Shown here: one piece after another, positions 1 through 7,277 of the stretch
Layout: every line of letters begins with the position of its first letter
Numbering within the stretch: the first letter of the stretch is position 1
From: Candidatus Micrarchaeota archaeon
GTDB taxonomy: Archaea > Micrarchaeota > Micrarchaeia > Anstonellales > Bilamarchaeaceae
Assembly: GCA_018304385.1 (NCBI GenBank)
Contig: JAGVWJ010000037.1
Span: forward strand, 1-19,669
DNA length: 19,669 bases
Reading direction: 5' to 3'
The notes under the pieces: model-generated
What the model was told of the DNA's origin: nothing
Databases searched by the model: none
Seen by the model: the letters and a program-made list of their open reading frames with translations, nothing else
Position numbers and translations under genes: made by a program

Positions 1-786
1 ATGAATTTTAAATTCGTCTAAATTATTTTTTTCAAGCGCATTTATCACCTGCTCATTTTCCGCATTAAGCTCTTGTATTAGAGCAGCATACTCACTTTTA
101 TTATTTTTCTTAAATTCCATTACTTTTGCAACTGCATTAGTTGTAGACATGCTTTGTTTTGGAAAAGATGCGAAAACTAGTTTGAACTGTTCTGGTAGGT
201 TAATTTTCTTAATCTCACAATTTAGTTTCGTTTCCAATTTTAATAATTCTGGAGAATATCTAACATATTTTATGCTTCCAAAGCATGCTGCTGCAATATC
301 AAAACCGCTTCCGATTTTATTTTGAGCGCGTGCATGTGCCAGTTGAGCGATTTTATGAATAGTATCGATACTTTCGCTTTGTGCAAATGCCTTAAACAAT
401 CCTTTAACTGTTGCAACTGTTACTGCTGCACTTGAACCAAGTCCGCTCTTACCCTTGTTTAATGCAAATGCTGCATCGCTTTTTGTTGTAATTTCGAAAC
501 CGGAATAAGTAATCGACTTGAATTTAAAATATTGAAATGCGGTAGCAATTGCACTTAGAACGAATTTTCCTGATTCATTTTTTACATTTGCGATTTCGCT
601 AGTTGTAGTTTCAATTTTTGTTTTGAATTGCGGAATTGATATAACTACTTTGTGATCCTTTCGCGTTTTAAGAGCTGCATGAACAAATGCATTAACTGCT
701 AGCACATAAGCTACGTTCGGTCTTTCTAATACTGAATAACCACCTAGTAATAAGATTTTTCCAGGTGCTGAAGTTATAACTGACAT
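1..786 (-). CDS. Phosphomevalonate kinase, ERG8-type GHMP kinase (3' end beyond left edge)
   Basis: Not in the ORF track because no stop is reached. Hand translation from ATG 786: MSVITSAPGKILLLGGYSVLE..., GHMP motif KSGLGSSAA, and AHARAQNKIGSGFDIAAACFGSIKY, closely matching the fungal/plant ERG8 motifs SAPGKALLAGGYLVL and [25 protein letters not shown]. TATA-like ATTTATTA at -31..-24. Confidence 0.88.
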   Translation of the reverse strand, partial: MSVITSAPGKILLLGGYSVLERPNVAYVLAVNAFVHAALKTRKDHKVVISIPQFKTKIETTTSEIANVKNESGKFVLSAIATAFQYFKFKSITYSGFEITTKSDAAFALNKGKSGLGSSAAVTVATVKGLFKAFAQSESIDTIHKIAQLAHARAQNKIGSGFDIAAACFGSIKYVRYSPELLKLETKLNCEIKKINLPEQFKLVFASFPKQSMSTTNAVAKVMEFKKNNKSEYAALIQELNAENEQVINALEKNNLDEFKIH

Positions 787-866
787 AATTTATTTTTTTA
801 AGGGAGATTTAATAAATATCTACCAAAAAGAGCCTTTTTATAGACTTTTATAATATATAGTAAAAT

Positions 867-2324
867 ATGCAAAGACAAATTGAAAGCACGACACCTAAAA
901 CACCTAGAATTAACCTAGGAAAACATATGCTACCTCCAGACCATACTAAAATTGATTCTTTTAGAAAATGGCTAACTTTATTTTTTATTGAGAGAGGCCA
1001 TTATAAAATAACCTCAAAGGCAATTGAAGAACTTGGACCTAAACTTTTAAGAAAAACTACAGAATACGGCGAACCTGTTTCTGATAGGAAAAAAGAACCA
1101 GTAATTGAGATTGTTCATGAACTACCTAAAGAAGATACCCGAGCAATAGTAAGAAGAGAGATAGAAATGATAGGAAAAGAAAAAGGGTTTGGAAAATTAT
1201 TAGATATGGAATATGTAAAACTTACAAAAATCAGTTGGCAAGATTTAAGAGTTAGAAAAGAGGTAATAAGAAAATTTGTTGAAATGGCAGGAAAACCAGA
1301 GGAGATATCGTACCATGATTTTAACAAATGGGGATTGGGAGGATTATTGGTTTCTCACTATGAAAACTCGCCTTATAATGCTTGGGTTGAAGCAGGATAC
1401 GCATACTCGATAGAAGAAACATTAGAACATGCCAAAACCCAGCAATTCAAAGATGATAAATTGTATCCTTGGCATATGAAACGGGCACCATCTGGATTCT
1501 ATGAAAACATAGAAGGAAGAGTAGCTGCAGTAAAGTGGCTTGTTTGGAAAACGAAACAAGAACAACCAGAAAGACAAATAAAAGATATAACTCAAGATGA
1601 TTTTAGAAAAAATTATTTAGGTGGGATGACTGATTATTATTATCAAGGATCGCCCTATTTGGCTTTAACAGAAGCTGGTTATTGCTATTCTCTAGTTGAA
1701 ATTAAACAACATGCAGAAAAAATGCAATTTGGAACTGAAAAGGTATATCCTTGGGAGATGGAAAGAGCTCCTTATATCTATGATGAAAAAGAAAATAGAA
1801 TTGCTGCAGTTAGATGGTTAGTTTGGAAACTGAAGAAAGAGCCAAGAGAAATAACTTTCGATGATTTTAATAATAATGGATTAGGTGGATTATTGGGTGA
1901 GCACTACAAAGGTTCTCCCTATCTAGCATTAGTGGAAGCAGATTATGCTTATTCTTTGGATGAAATAAAGGAGCATGCAAGAACTGGATTTAAAACTGAT
2001 AAAATATATCCTTGGGAGATGACTAGAGTGTCATTTGATTTATGGCCAAATAAAGAATTTAGGATAGCCGCAACAAAATGGTTAGTTTGGAAATTAAAGA
2101 AAGAAGCAAGTCTGATTGGCCCATTGGCCAAAAGCCTTGAAGTTTATAAAACTTCAAGAGAGATAACTAAAGATGATTTTCACAACAATGGCTTAGGCGG
2201 TTTGCTAGTAAGACCAGAATATAGAGGGGCTCCAACTTATCTTGCGCTTTTGGAAGCAGGATTAGTAACTAAAGCAGATAAAGATCACATGAGAAATTCT
2301 AATAAAACAAATGTTTCTCGCTAA
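867..2324 (+). CDS. Uncharacterised helical repeat protein, paralog 1 (3 YPW(E/H)M repeat units of 87-94 aa; possibly DUF4046-like)
   Basis: 485 aa ORF. YPW motifs start at nt 1464, 1746 and 2007. The N-terminal block FRKWLTLFFIERGHYKIT is shared with the ORFs at 6573 and 18741. DUF4046 likeness is from memory of the SPY..YP..WE...W..A.KWL pattern and is unverified. TTTTATAG at -31..-24. Confidence 0.85.
   Translation: MQRQIESTTPKTPRINLGKHMLPPDHTKIDSFRKWLTLFFIERGHYKITSKAIEELGPKLLRKTTEYGEPVSDRKKEPVIEIVHELPKEDTRAIVRREIEMIGKEKGFGKLLDMEYVKLTKISWQDLRVRKEVIRKFVEMAGKPEEISYHDFNKWGLGGLLVSHYENSPYNAWVEAGYAYSIEETLEHAKTQQFKDDKLYPWHMKRAPSGFYENIEGRVAAVKWLVWKTKQEQPERQIKDITQDDFRKNYLGGMTDYYYQGSPYLALTEAGYCYSLVEIKQHAEKMQFGTEKVYPWEMERAPYIYDEKENRIAAVRWLVWKLKKEPREITFDDFNNNGLGGLLGEHYKGSPYLALVEADYAYSLDEIKEHARTGFKTDKIYPWEMTRVSFDLWPNKEFRIAATKWLVWKLKKEASLIGPLAKSLEVYKTSREITKDDFHNNGLGGLLVRPEYRGAPTYLALLEAGLVTKADKDHMRNSNKTNVSR
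2107..2158. repeat. 48-nt in-frame double-hairpin insert flanked by CAAG direct repeats
   Basis: TTGGCC-CATT-GGCCAA (2116-2131) and CTTGAAGTTT-ATA-AAACTTCAAG (2136-2158). CAAG occurs at 2107-2110 and 2155-2158. The insert adds 16 codons relative to the KKEPREIT loop of the preceding repeat. Confidence 0.7.
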
Positions 2325-3294
2325 ACCTAATTCCCTCCCCAATCTTACATTCGATAATTTTTTTTATTCCATTAATTTCCTTTAACATGCTCTTAACTTC
2401 ATTAGGATTAGTAGTGTAAATATTTGCATTAGGTCCAGCATCAAATGTGTATGCTGCAATTTTTTCACTTTCATTTAGCGCTCGAACTGCTTTTTTTATT
2501 TTGTTTGATGTTTCATCCATATAAACAATTGGCGGAATGGTATCTGCCATGCACGCGTGCATATCATCACTATCTTCCATAATTATATCTGCCATTGATT
2601 CGAAATTGTTATCTTTTATTGCACTTCTCACAATTTCAAGCCTCTTACCTACAGCCTCCAACCTACTGCTAAATCGTTTTGATGTTTTTACAGTTTCAGC
2701 CATACCTGCGCGCGAGCTGACCTTCTTCTTTTCAGCGTCAACTATTGCGATTATATTGCGTAAATGCTTCCAATTGCTTGCTGGTGAAAGCTGCACAGCA
2801 TAGCTATCGTTTCCATCGCTTGCACTGCCTTTTTGCCATTCAACTGCTCCACCATAAACAGATCGCGTTGCTGAGCCACTACCTAAGCGAGCGAGAATAG
2901 AAATATCTTTCATAGAATAATCTAAGCCTACTGCCTTGCTTGCTGCAGCTGCGAGTGCTGCAAATCCGCTTGCTGATGATGCCAGACCTGCTGCTTTTGG
3001 AAATGTATTGTTTGATACAACTTTAGCGAATAATTTAATCTTTGCTCGCGCTCGGACAACATTTAAAAAATTACTAACCCGCTCGTACTCTTTTTCATCT
3101 GCAATTTTTCCATCCAGTATTGCTTCATCTTGCTTAAGCGCACTATCAAATTCAACAGTAGTAGTAGTTGAAAGCTGCTCATCCATTGTAAATGATATGC
3201 TATTATTTGTAGGCAGGATTAGCCTTTCGTCTCGCTTGCCCCAATACTTAATGATTGCAATATTTGAATTGGCAATGGCTGTGGATTTTTGCAT
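2299..3294 (-). CDS. mvaD: Diphosphomevalonate decarboxylase
   Basis: NIAIIKYWGKRD, GLASSASGFAA, RLGSGSATRS, KKVSSRAGM and catalytic FDAGPN motifs; 331 aa. Its 3' end overlaps paralog 1 convergently by 26 nt. Confidence 0.93.
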   Translation of the reverse strand: MQKSTAIANSNIAIIKYWGKRDERLILPTNNSISFTMDEQLSTTTTVEFDSALKQDEAILDGKIADEKEYERVSNFLNVVRARAKIKLFAKVVSNNTFPKAAGLASSASGFAALAAAASKAVGLDYSMKDISILARLGSGSATRSVYGGAVEWQKGSASDGNDSYAVQLSPASNWKHLRNIIAIVDAEKKKVSSRAGMAETVKTSKRFSSRLEAVGKRLEIVRSAIKDNNFESMADIIMEDSDDMHACMADTIPPIVYMDETSNKIKKAVRALNESEKIAAYTFDAGPNANIYTTNPNEVKSMLKEINGIKKIIECKIGEGIRFSEKHLFY

Positions 3295-3330
3295 ATATAA
3301 AGTTTAAAAAATTGAATTTTTAAATTAGAG

Positions 3331-4143
3331 CTATTGCAAAAACCCTTCTTCTATGCAGGTTTCTATATGCTCTGGTAGCATTGATAGACGGCATGAGAGA
3401 ACCCTGCTATTAGAAAATTTTATAGGAAACGAATCTTCGTATCCAGGCCTTAAATTTGCCAAGAGTACTGTAACGCCTAATAAATAGTCTGGAAATCCTT
3501 TTTCTCCAGACCAGTTTTCATGGCCAAGGTATGCATTTGTTTCTAGGAATGCAGTGGTTTGAATAATAACAGGCAGGTTGGCATAAGGACCGTATCCATC
3601 AAATACCTTCTCCCCTTCCCAATTATAAGAAAAACCTCCGCATATCTGTACTATTCTAGAGATAAAAGTAGATGTTGCAGTATCATGGATTAGCGTAAGT
3701 TTTCTAGGCATAACTAAAAATCTAGCTTTTTTTATCATTTCTGCTGCTAATTTTAAATCTTCTATTGCTTTTTCTTTATTTTTTGGGTCAGCGCGTATTG
3801 CATATGTAAGTGCCAACATATCATAAGATCTTGACCTAAAAGATACAGCTACTAATGGATCCTCTGCTATTTCTAGATAATACCTAATGAGCTTATCATA
3901 ATTTTTTTCTTCTAATAGCTTGATCTCTTCATCTGCTGTAAGAAACCTGCTCTTTTCTGGTTGCTCCTGTGGTTTTTCTACTTTGGGAGTTGGTTGAATT
4001 ATCTGCTCCTTTGGTTTAACAACACTACTTGGTGCTGCGCATGCAGTAATAAGACTTGTTAATAAAACTGATATGCTGGCAAAACGAATATGGTTTCTAG
4101 TATGTGCGGGAGTATTATTTCTATCTACGAATAGTTTCCTCAT
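3331..4143 (-). CDS. Hypothetical exported/lipoprotein-like protein
   Basis: ATG 4143 is preferred over the track start at 4167 because TATAAAAA lies at -31..-24. Basic N-terminus, hydrophobic stretch and lipobox-like LITA-C, then a Pro/Gln/Lys linker and a helical region. No family recognised. Confidence 0.65.
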   Translation of the reverse strand: MRKLFVDRNNTPAHTRNHIRFASISVLLTSLITACAAPSSVVKPKEQIIQPTPKVEKPQEQPEKSRFLTADEEIKLLEEKNYDKLIRYYLEIAEDPLVAVSFRSRSYDMLALTYAIRADPKNKEKAIEDLKLAAEMIKKARFLVMPRKLTLIHDTATSTFISRIVQICGGFSYNWEGEKVFDGYGPYANLPVIIQTTAFLETNAYLGHENWSGEKGFPDYLLGVTVLLANLRPGYEDSFPIKFSNSRVLSCRLSMLPEHIETCIEEGFLQ

Positions 4144-4166
4144 TATATGTGTTATAAATGCTAACA

Positions 4167-4174
4167 TTTTTATA
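4167..4174. promoter_or_regulatory. TATA element centred between divergent starts 4143(-) and 4197(+)
   Basis: TTTTTATA at 4167-4174 is at -31..-24 from ATG 4143 and -30..-23 from ATG 4197. Confidence 0.55.
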
Positions 4175-4196
4175 TCTTTAGGGACACAAGTAATAT

Positions 4197-4826
4197 ATGA
4201 AAAACCATGTTAGAGTTATTTATGATCCTTCAGTTGCAAAAGACCACACTGCTGCAATACTAAGAGGGGTTAAGAGTCTTGAAAGATTTGGCGTTTTAGT
4301 AGATGAGGGACTAGCTACAGAAAGAACTGCAGTAAAACCAGTAAGACTAGGCAGATACATAAGAAGAATTATTGAAGAAAGAAATGGAGCACCAATAGAT
4401 TTCAAATGCTGGGGAATTAGATTGGCAGATGTTTTTGCTGCTTCGCCTAAAGACATACTTGGTTTTGGGGTATTAGAAGATCCATTATTACTAGAAAAAG
4501 ATGGAAAAATAGAAGAGAGTGTTGGAGCAGGAAGGTTTGGGGATATTGCATTATTATCTTTATTTAGATTTATGGAGATAAGAAATCCACAATTAAGATT
4601 AAAAGCACTCGAAACTGCTGCAAAGCATGAGGCTGCGCATTTATTTAAAGCAGGGCATTGCACTGAACCAACATGCGTAATGCAGCCAAAGCCAGTGGTT
4701 TCAAAAAGCGTATTAGTAGAATCCATACTTCTTAGGCCTGATTTTTGCAGAGATTGTGAAAGAGAGATAAATGCAAAGGTAAGCCTTAGGGAATATGAAC
4801 TTAACCATATATCTGGAGCAGGATAG
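4197..4826 (+). CDS. Archaemetzincin-like zinc metalloprotease (peptidase M54-like)
   Basis: HEAAHLFKAGHC zinc motif followed by CVM (Met-turn) and FCxxC, the archaemetzincin cysteine pattern. Confidence 0.75.
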   Translation: MKNHVRVIYDPSVAKDHTAAILRGVKSLERFGVLVDEGLATERTAVKPVRLGRYIRRIIEERNGAPIDFKCWGIRLADVFAASPKDILGFGVLEDPLLLEKDGKIEESVGAGRFGDIALLSLFRFMEIRNPQLRLKALETAAKHEAAHLFKAGHCTEPTCVMQPKPVVSKSVLVESILLRPDFCRDCEREINAKVSLREYELNHISGAG

Positions 4827-4827
4827 A

Positions 4828-5691
4828 TTATTCAGTTTCTGGAAGAACAAGTTTTCCTTTGTGGAACACTTGCCCACGACTGTCACGATTAAGATGTGGA
4901 GGATACTTCCCATTTGAATATATCTCACACCCACTGCCCATACCTTCGCCTATACTAAACAACCCTTTTTGCACAACTATTTTGCCACCAGTTGCATGTT
5001 CACCTGCAGAAGAAACATAACCTCTAATTATTATAGTACCTCCACTTATCCCCCAACCAACAAATTCGTTAGCATCACCTTTTACTAAAATTCTACCTGC
5101 TGACATGCCCCAGCCAATATCATCGCCTACATTGCCATCCACAGTTATATTTTTAGTGTTTTTATAGCCTATCCCACGAATCTCTTTCGTACCTTCTGCA
5201 AGATATTTCGTATATATTATAAAATCAGTATCTGAAGAATTATTTATCATCGCACTGAGAAAAATCCCTGCCTTTTCTGAAAAATGTTCTTCATCTTGAA
5301 AATCTGCTAATGAGATACTAAATCTCTCAATATCTTTTGCAGAGCAACGAATATCTTTTAATAATTCGAAAACATTATCATAACTCTCAGGAAAACCACC
5401 ACCAAGCTCATTTATATCACAATTGAATTTTATCCATACTGCTCTAACCATAGCTGAAGCTGTACTTTCATCTATATCCAGTTTTCTTACTTCGTGAGGT
5501 TCTTCTTTTTTGTATCTTCTGAATGGATTGCCAACATTTTGTTGGCAAATATCCCGATTGTTCACGTGAACAATGGGCATCTTGTCGCTTTGCGACAAGC
5601 TTGTGTCACGATTTTTTTGCCATCGTGACAATGGATCGCTAACACATAAACTAATGCTCAAGGCTGATGGCCTATGGCTTAATCTTCTCAT
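4828..5691 (-). CDS. Stand-alone FwdC/GltB-C (GXGXG) beta-helix domain protein with a repeat/hairpin-encoded N-terminal leader
   Basis: C-terminal repeats ITVDGNVGDDIGWGMSAGRILVKGDANEFVGWGISGGTIIIRG. No other fwd or glt genes are nearby. The first ~55 aa are encoded by heptamers and hairpins. Confidence 0.75.
   Translation of the reverse strand: MRRLSHRPSALSISLCVSDPLSRWQKNRDTSLSQSDKMPIVHVNNRDICQQNVGNPFRRYKKEEPHEVRKLDIDESTASAMVRAVWIKFNCDINELGGGFPESYDNVFELLKDIRCSAKDIERFSISLADFQDEEHFSEKAGIFLSAMINNSSDTDFIIYTKYLAEGTKEIRGIGYKNTKNITVDGNVGDDIGWGMSAGRILVKGDANEFVGWGISGGTIIIRGYVSSAGEHATGGKIVVQKGLFSIGEGMGSGCEIYSNGKYPPHLNRDSRGQVFHKGKLVLPETE
5528..5630. repeat. Four tandem DNA hairpins inside the 5' coding region of the GXGXG gene
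   Basis: TTGCCAAC-ATTTT-GTTGGCAA (5528-5548); perfect 18-bp palindrome ATTGTTCACGTGAACAAT (5557-5574) flanked by CCCG/GGG; CTTGTCGC-TTT-GCGACAAG (5581-5599); TGTCACGAT-N9-ATCGTGACA (5604-5630). Confidence 0.85.
5653..5680 (-). repeat. Degenerate heptamer array (AAGCCAT AGGCCAT CAGCCTT GAGCATT)
   Basis: Four NNGCYNT units immediately after ATG AGA AGA TT on the minus strand. Confidence 0.6.
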
Positions 5692-5722
5692 GTGTCTAAT
5701 TGTGGTAGAAAGGTATTTTAAT
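5692..5722 (-). promoter_or_regulatory. Leaderless-type promoter with CACAATT-N6-ATG element
   Basis: Minus strand reads ATTAAAAT at -31..-24 and CACAATT at -13..-7 (5704-5698). Confidence 0.6.
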
Positions 5723-5965
5723 ACTATGTCGGACTTAGAAACACCTTTAACACGTCAACCAATATACAGAACCAACTAATTAATTCGGATCAATAAATCG
5801 TGGTTTTACCTCAATGGTTCTGTATAGATTGAGCCGAATATTAATTTGGCTCAAGATATTACGAATTTAGTAAAAAACTTAATGTTGCATTGACCATGGG
5901 CTAAATTAGAAAAACCAGCAATATTTATAAATAAGCGAATACGTATATCTCAATAGGTGAATTGT

Positions 5966-6187
5966 ATGGAATACAAATTATCTGCTATTGTTGAAAAAGA
6001 AGATAAATGGTATGTTGCTCATTGTGTAGAACTTTCAGTTACTAGTCAAGGCAAAAATATAGAAGAAGCACTGCAAAATCTTAAAGACGCAGTCGGATTA
6101 TATCTTAAGCACGCTGACAAGGACGAGATCGACCAATTAAAAACTGCACATAAAGAAGCTCCAGTTGTAGCGACAATAACGGTGTAA
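5966..6187 (+). CDS. hicB: HicB-family antitoxin (short form)
   Basis: YVAHCVELSVTSQGKNIEEALQNLKDAVGLYL is the HicB N-terminal motif. SD AGGTGA at 5955-5960 favours ATG 5966 over GTG 5957; 73 aa. Confidence 0.85.
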   Translation: MEYKLSAIVEKEDKWYVAHCVELSVTSQGKNIEEALQNLKDAVGLYLKHADKDEIDQLKTAHKEAPVVATITV

Positions 6188-6189
6188 AT

Positions 6190-6435
6190 ATGAAACTGCC
6201 AGTCATTTCTGGCTTTGAAATGATAAAACTACTAGGTAAACTAGGTTTTCGTCAATTGGACCAAACCGGGAGCCACGTTATAATGTTTAGAGAGGATGAA
6301 AGAGGAAAATTTAGGCCAGTTGTTCCGCTCAGTCGTGAATTGGCTATAGGTACTATGCTGAGCATAATAAAACAAGCTGGCTTAAATCGTGACGAATTTT
6401 TAGAAATTTACTATGGCAAAAAGTACATAAAATAA
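6190..6435 (+). CDS. hicA: HicA-family mRNA interferase toxin
   Basis: MKLPVISG..MIKLL.KLGF....TGSHVIM...VVP...ELAIGTMLSIIKQAGL with the catalytic GSH; 2 nt downstream of hicB. Confidence 0.88.
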   Translation: MKLPVISGFEMIKLLGKLGFRQLDQTGSHVIMFREDERGKFRPVVPLSRELAIGTMLSIIKQAGLNRDEFLEIYYGKKYIK

Positions 6436-6541
6436 ATTAAAACTATGTTCTTAATATTTTCAACAAGTTGATAATTCTTAGAATTATTTACATTTTTATA
6501 GATAAATTTAAGGTGAGTTTACAAATGCCCCCTACAGTACC

Positions 6542-6572
6542 TTTTTAATCCCTTGTTACCACAATTTATGGT
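6542..6572 (+). promoter_or_regulatory. Leaderless-type promoter with CACAATT-N6-ATG element
   Basis: TTTTTAAT at 6542-6549 (-31..-24), CACAATT at 6560-6566, ATG at 6573. Confidence 0.6.
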
Positions 6573-6585
6573 ATGACAAGAAGAA

Positions 6586-6730
6586 CTGCTATTAGCAATT
6601 GGCCAGTAGCTAGTGGCCAACTGCCAACGCGATTGTTGCGCAACGCAACAATGCGCCCATTGTTGCCAAGCAACAATTGGGAAGCTAAACGCCAAAGGCC
6701 GATAGCTAAAGGCCAACAACCACTAACTGA
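6586..6730 (+). repeat. Degenerate heptamer array interrupted by two in-frame REP-like hairpins
   Basis: CTGCTAT TAGCAAT TGGCCAG TAGCTAG TGGCCAA CTGCCAA, then a 54-nt insert (6628-6681: CGCGATTGTTGCG-CAA-CGCAACAATGCG and CCCATTGTTGC-CAA-GCAACAATTGGG), then AAGCTAA ACGCCAA AGGCCGA TAGCTAA AGGCCAA CAACCAC TAACTGA. Confidence 0.8.
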
Positions 6731-7277
6731 TCAATTAGATAAATCAGCTGAATTCAAGCGTTGGCTAGCCTTATTTTTTATTGGAAAAGGAAATTATAAG
6801 ATTACTGATAAAGGATATGAAGAATTAGCACCACAAGTTACTAGACAAAACCTCGAATTTGGAGAGCCAGTTAGTGATCGAAAAAGAGAGCCAAGATTAG
6901 AAGAAAGAAGATCGTTAACCAAATCAGAACTAAGAGAGGCAGTAGCTAGAAAAGTAGAACAAATGCTTAGGGATGGAAAAGCTGAAGAATTATATGATAA
7001 TAGATATATTGATAAACCCAAAAGATTAGATTGGAAAAGCAAGGATACGAAATTAGCAGTAATAAAAAAACTTGTTGAATTGTTAGGTAAAAATCCAAGA
7101 GAAATAACTGCATATGATTTTAATAATAATGGATTAGGTGGATTATTAGTAGACTATTACAAAAACTCTCCTTATTTAGCATTAGTGGAAGCAAGTTATG
7201 CTTATTCTTTGGATGAAATAAAAGAGCATGCAAGAACTGGATTTAAAACTGATAAGATTTATCCTTGGGAAATGAGT

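Noticed and set aside
4828-5691. Calling this gene fwdC (methanogenesis/C1 metabolism)
   Set aside because: Only the generic GXGXG beta-helix is present, and no fwdA, fwdB or fwdD genes are adjacent.
5726-5779. 17-codon ORF MSDLETPLTRQPIYRTN
   Set aside because: No homology or SD evidence.
6471-6487. Palindrome ATAATTCT-T-AGAATTAT downstream of hicA
   Set aside because: Almost pure A/T in an AT-rich gap; not significant without statistics.
6511-6548. SD AGGTGAG followed by a 7-codon ORF (MPPTVPF)
   Set aside because: Too short to support; it overlaps the paralog 2 promoter and may be chance or a relic.
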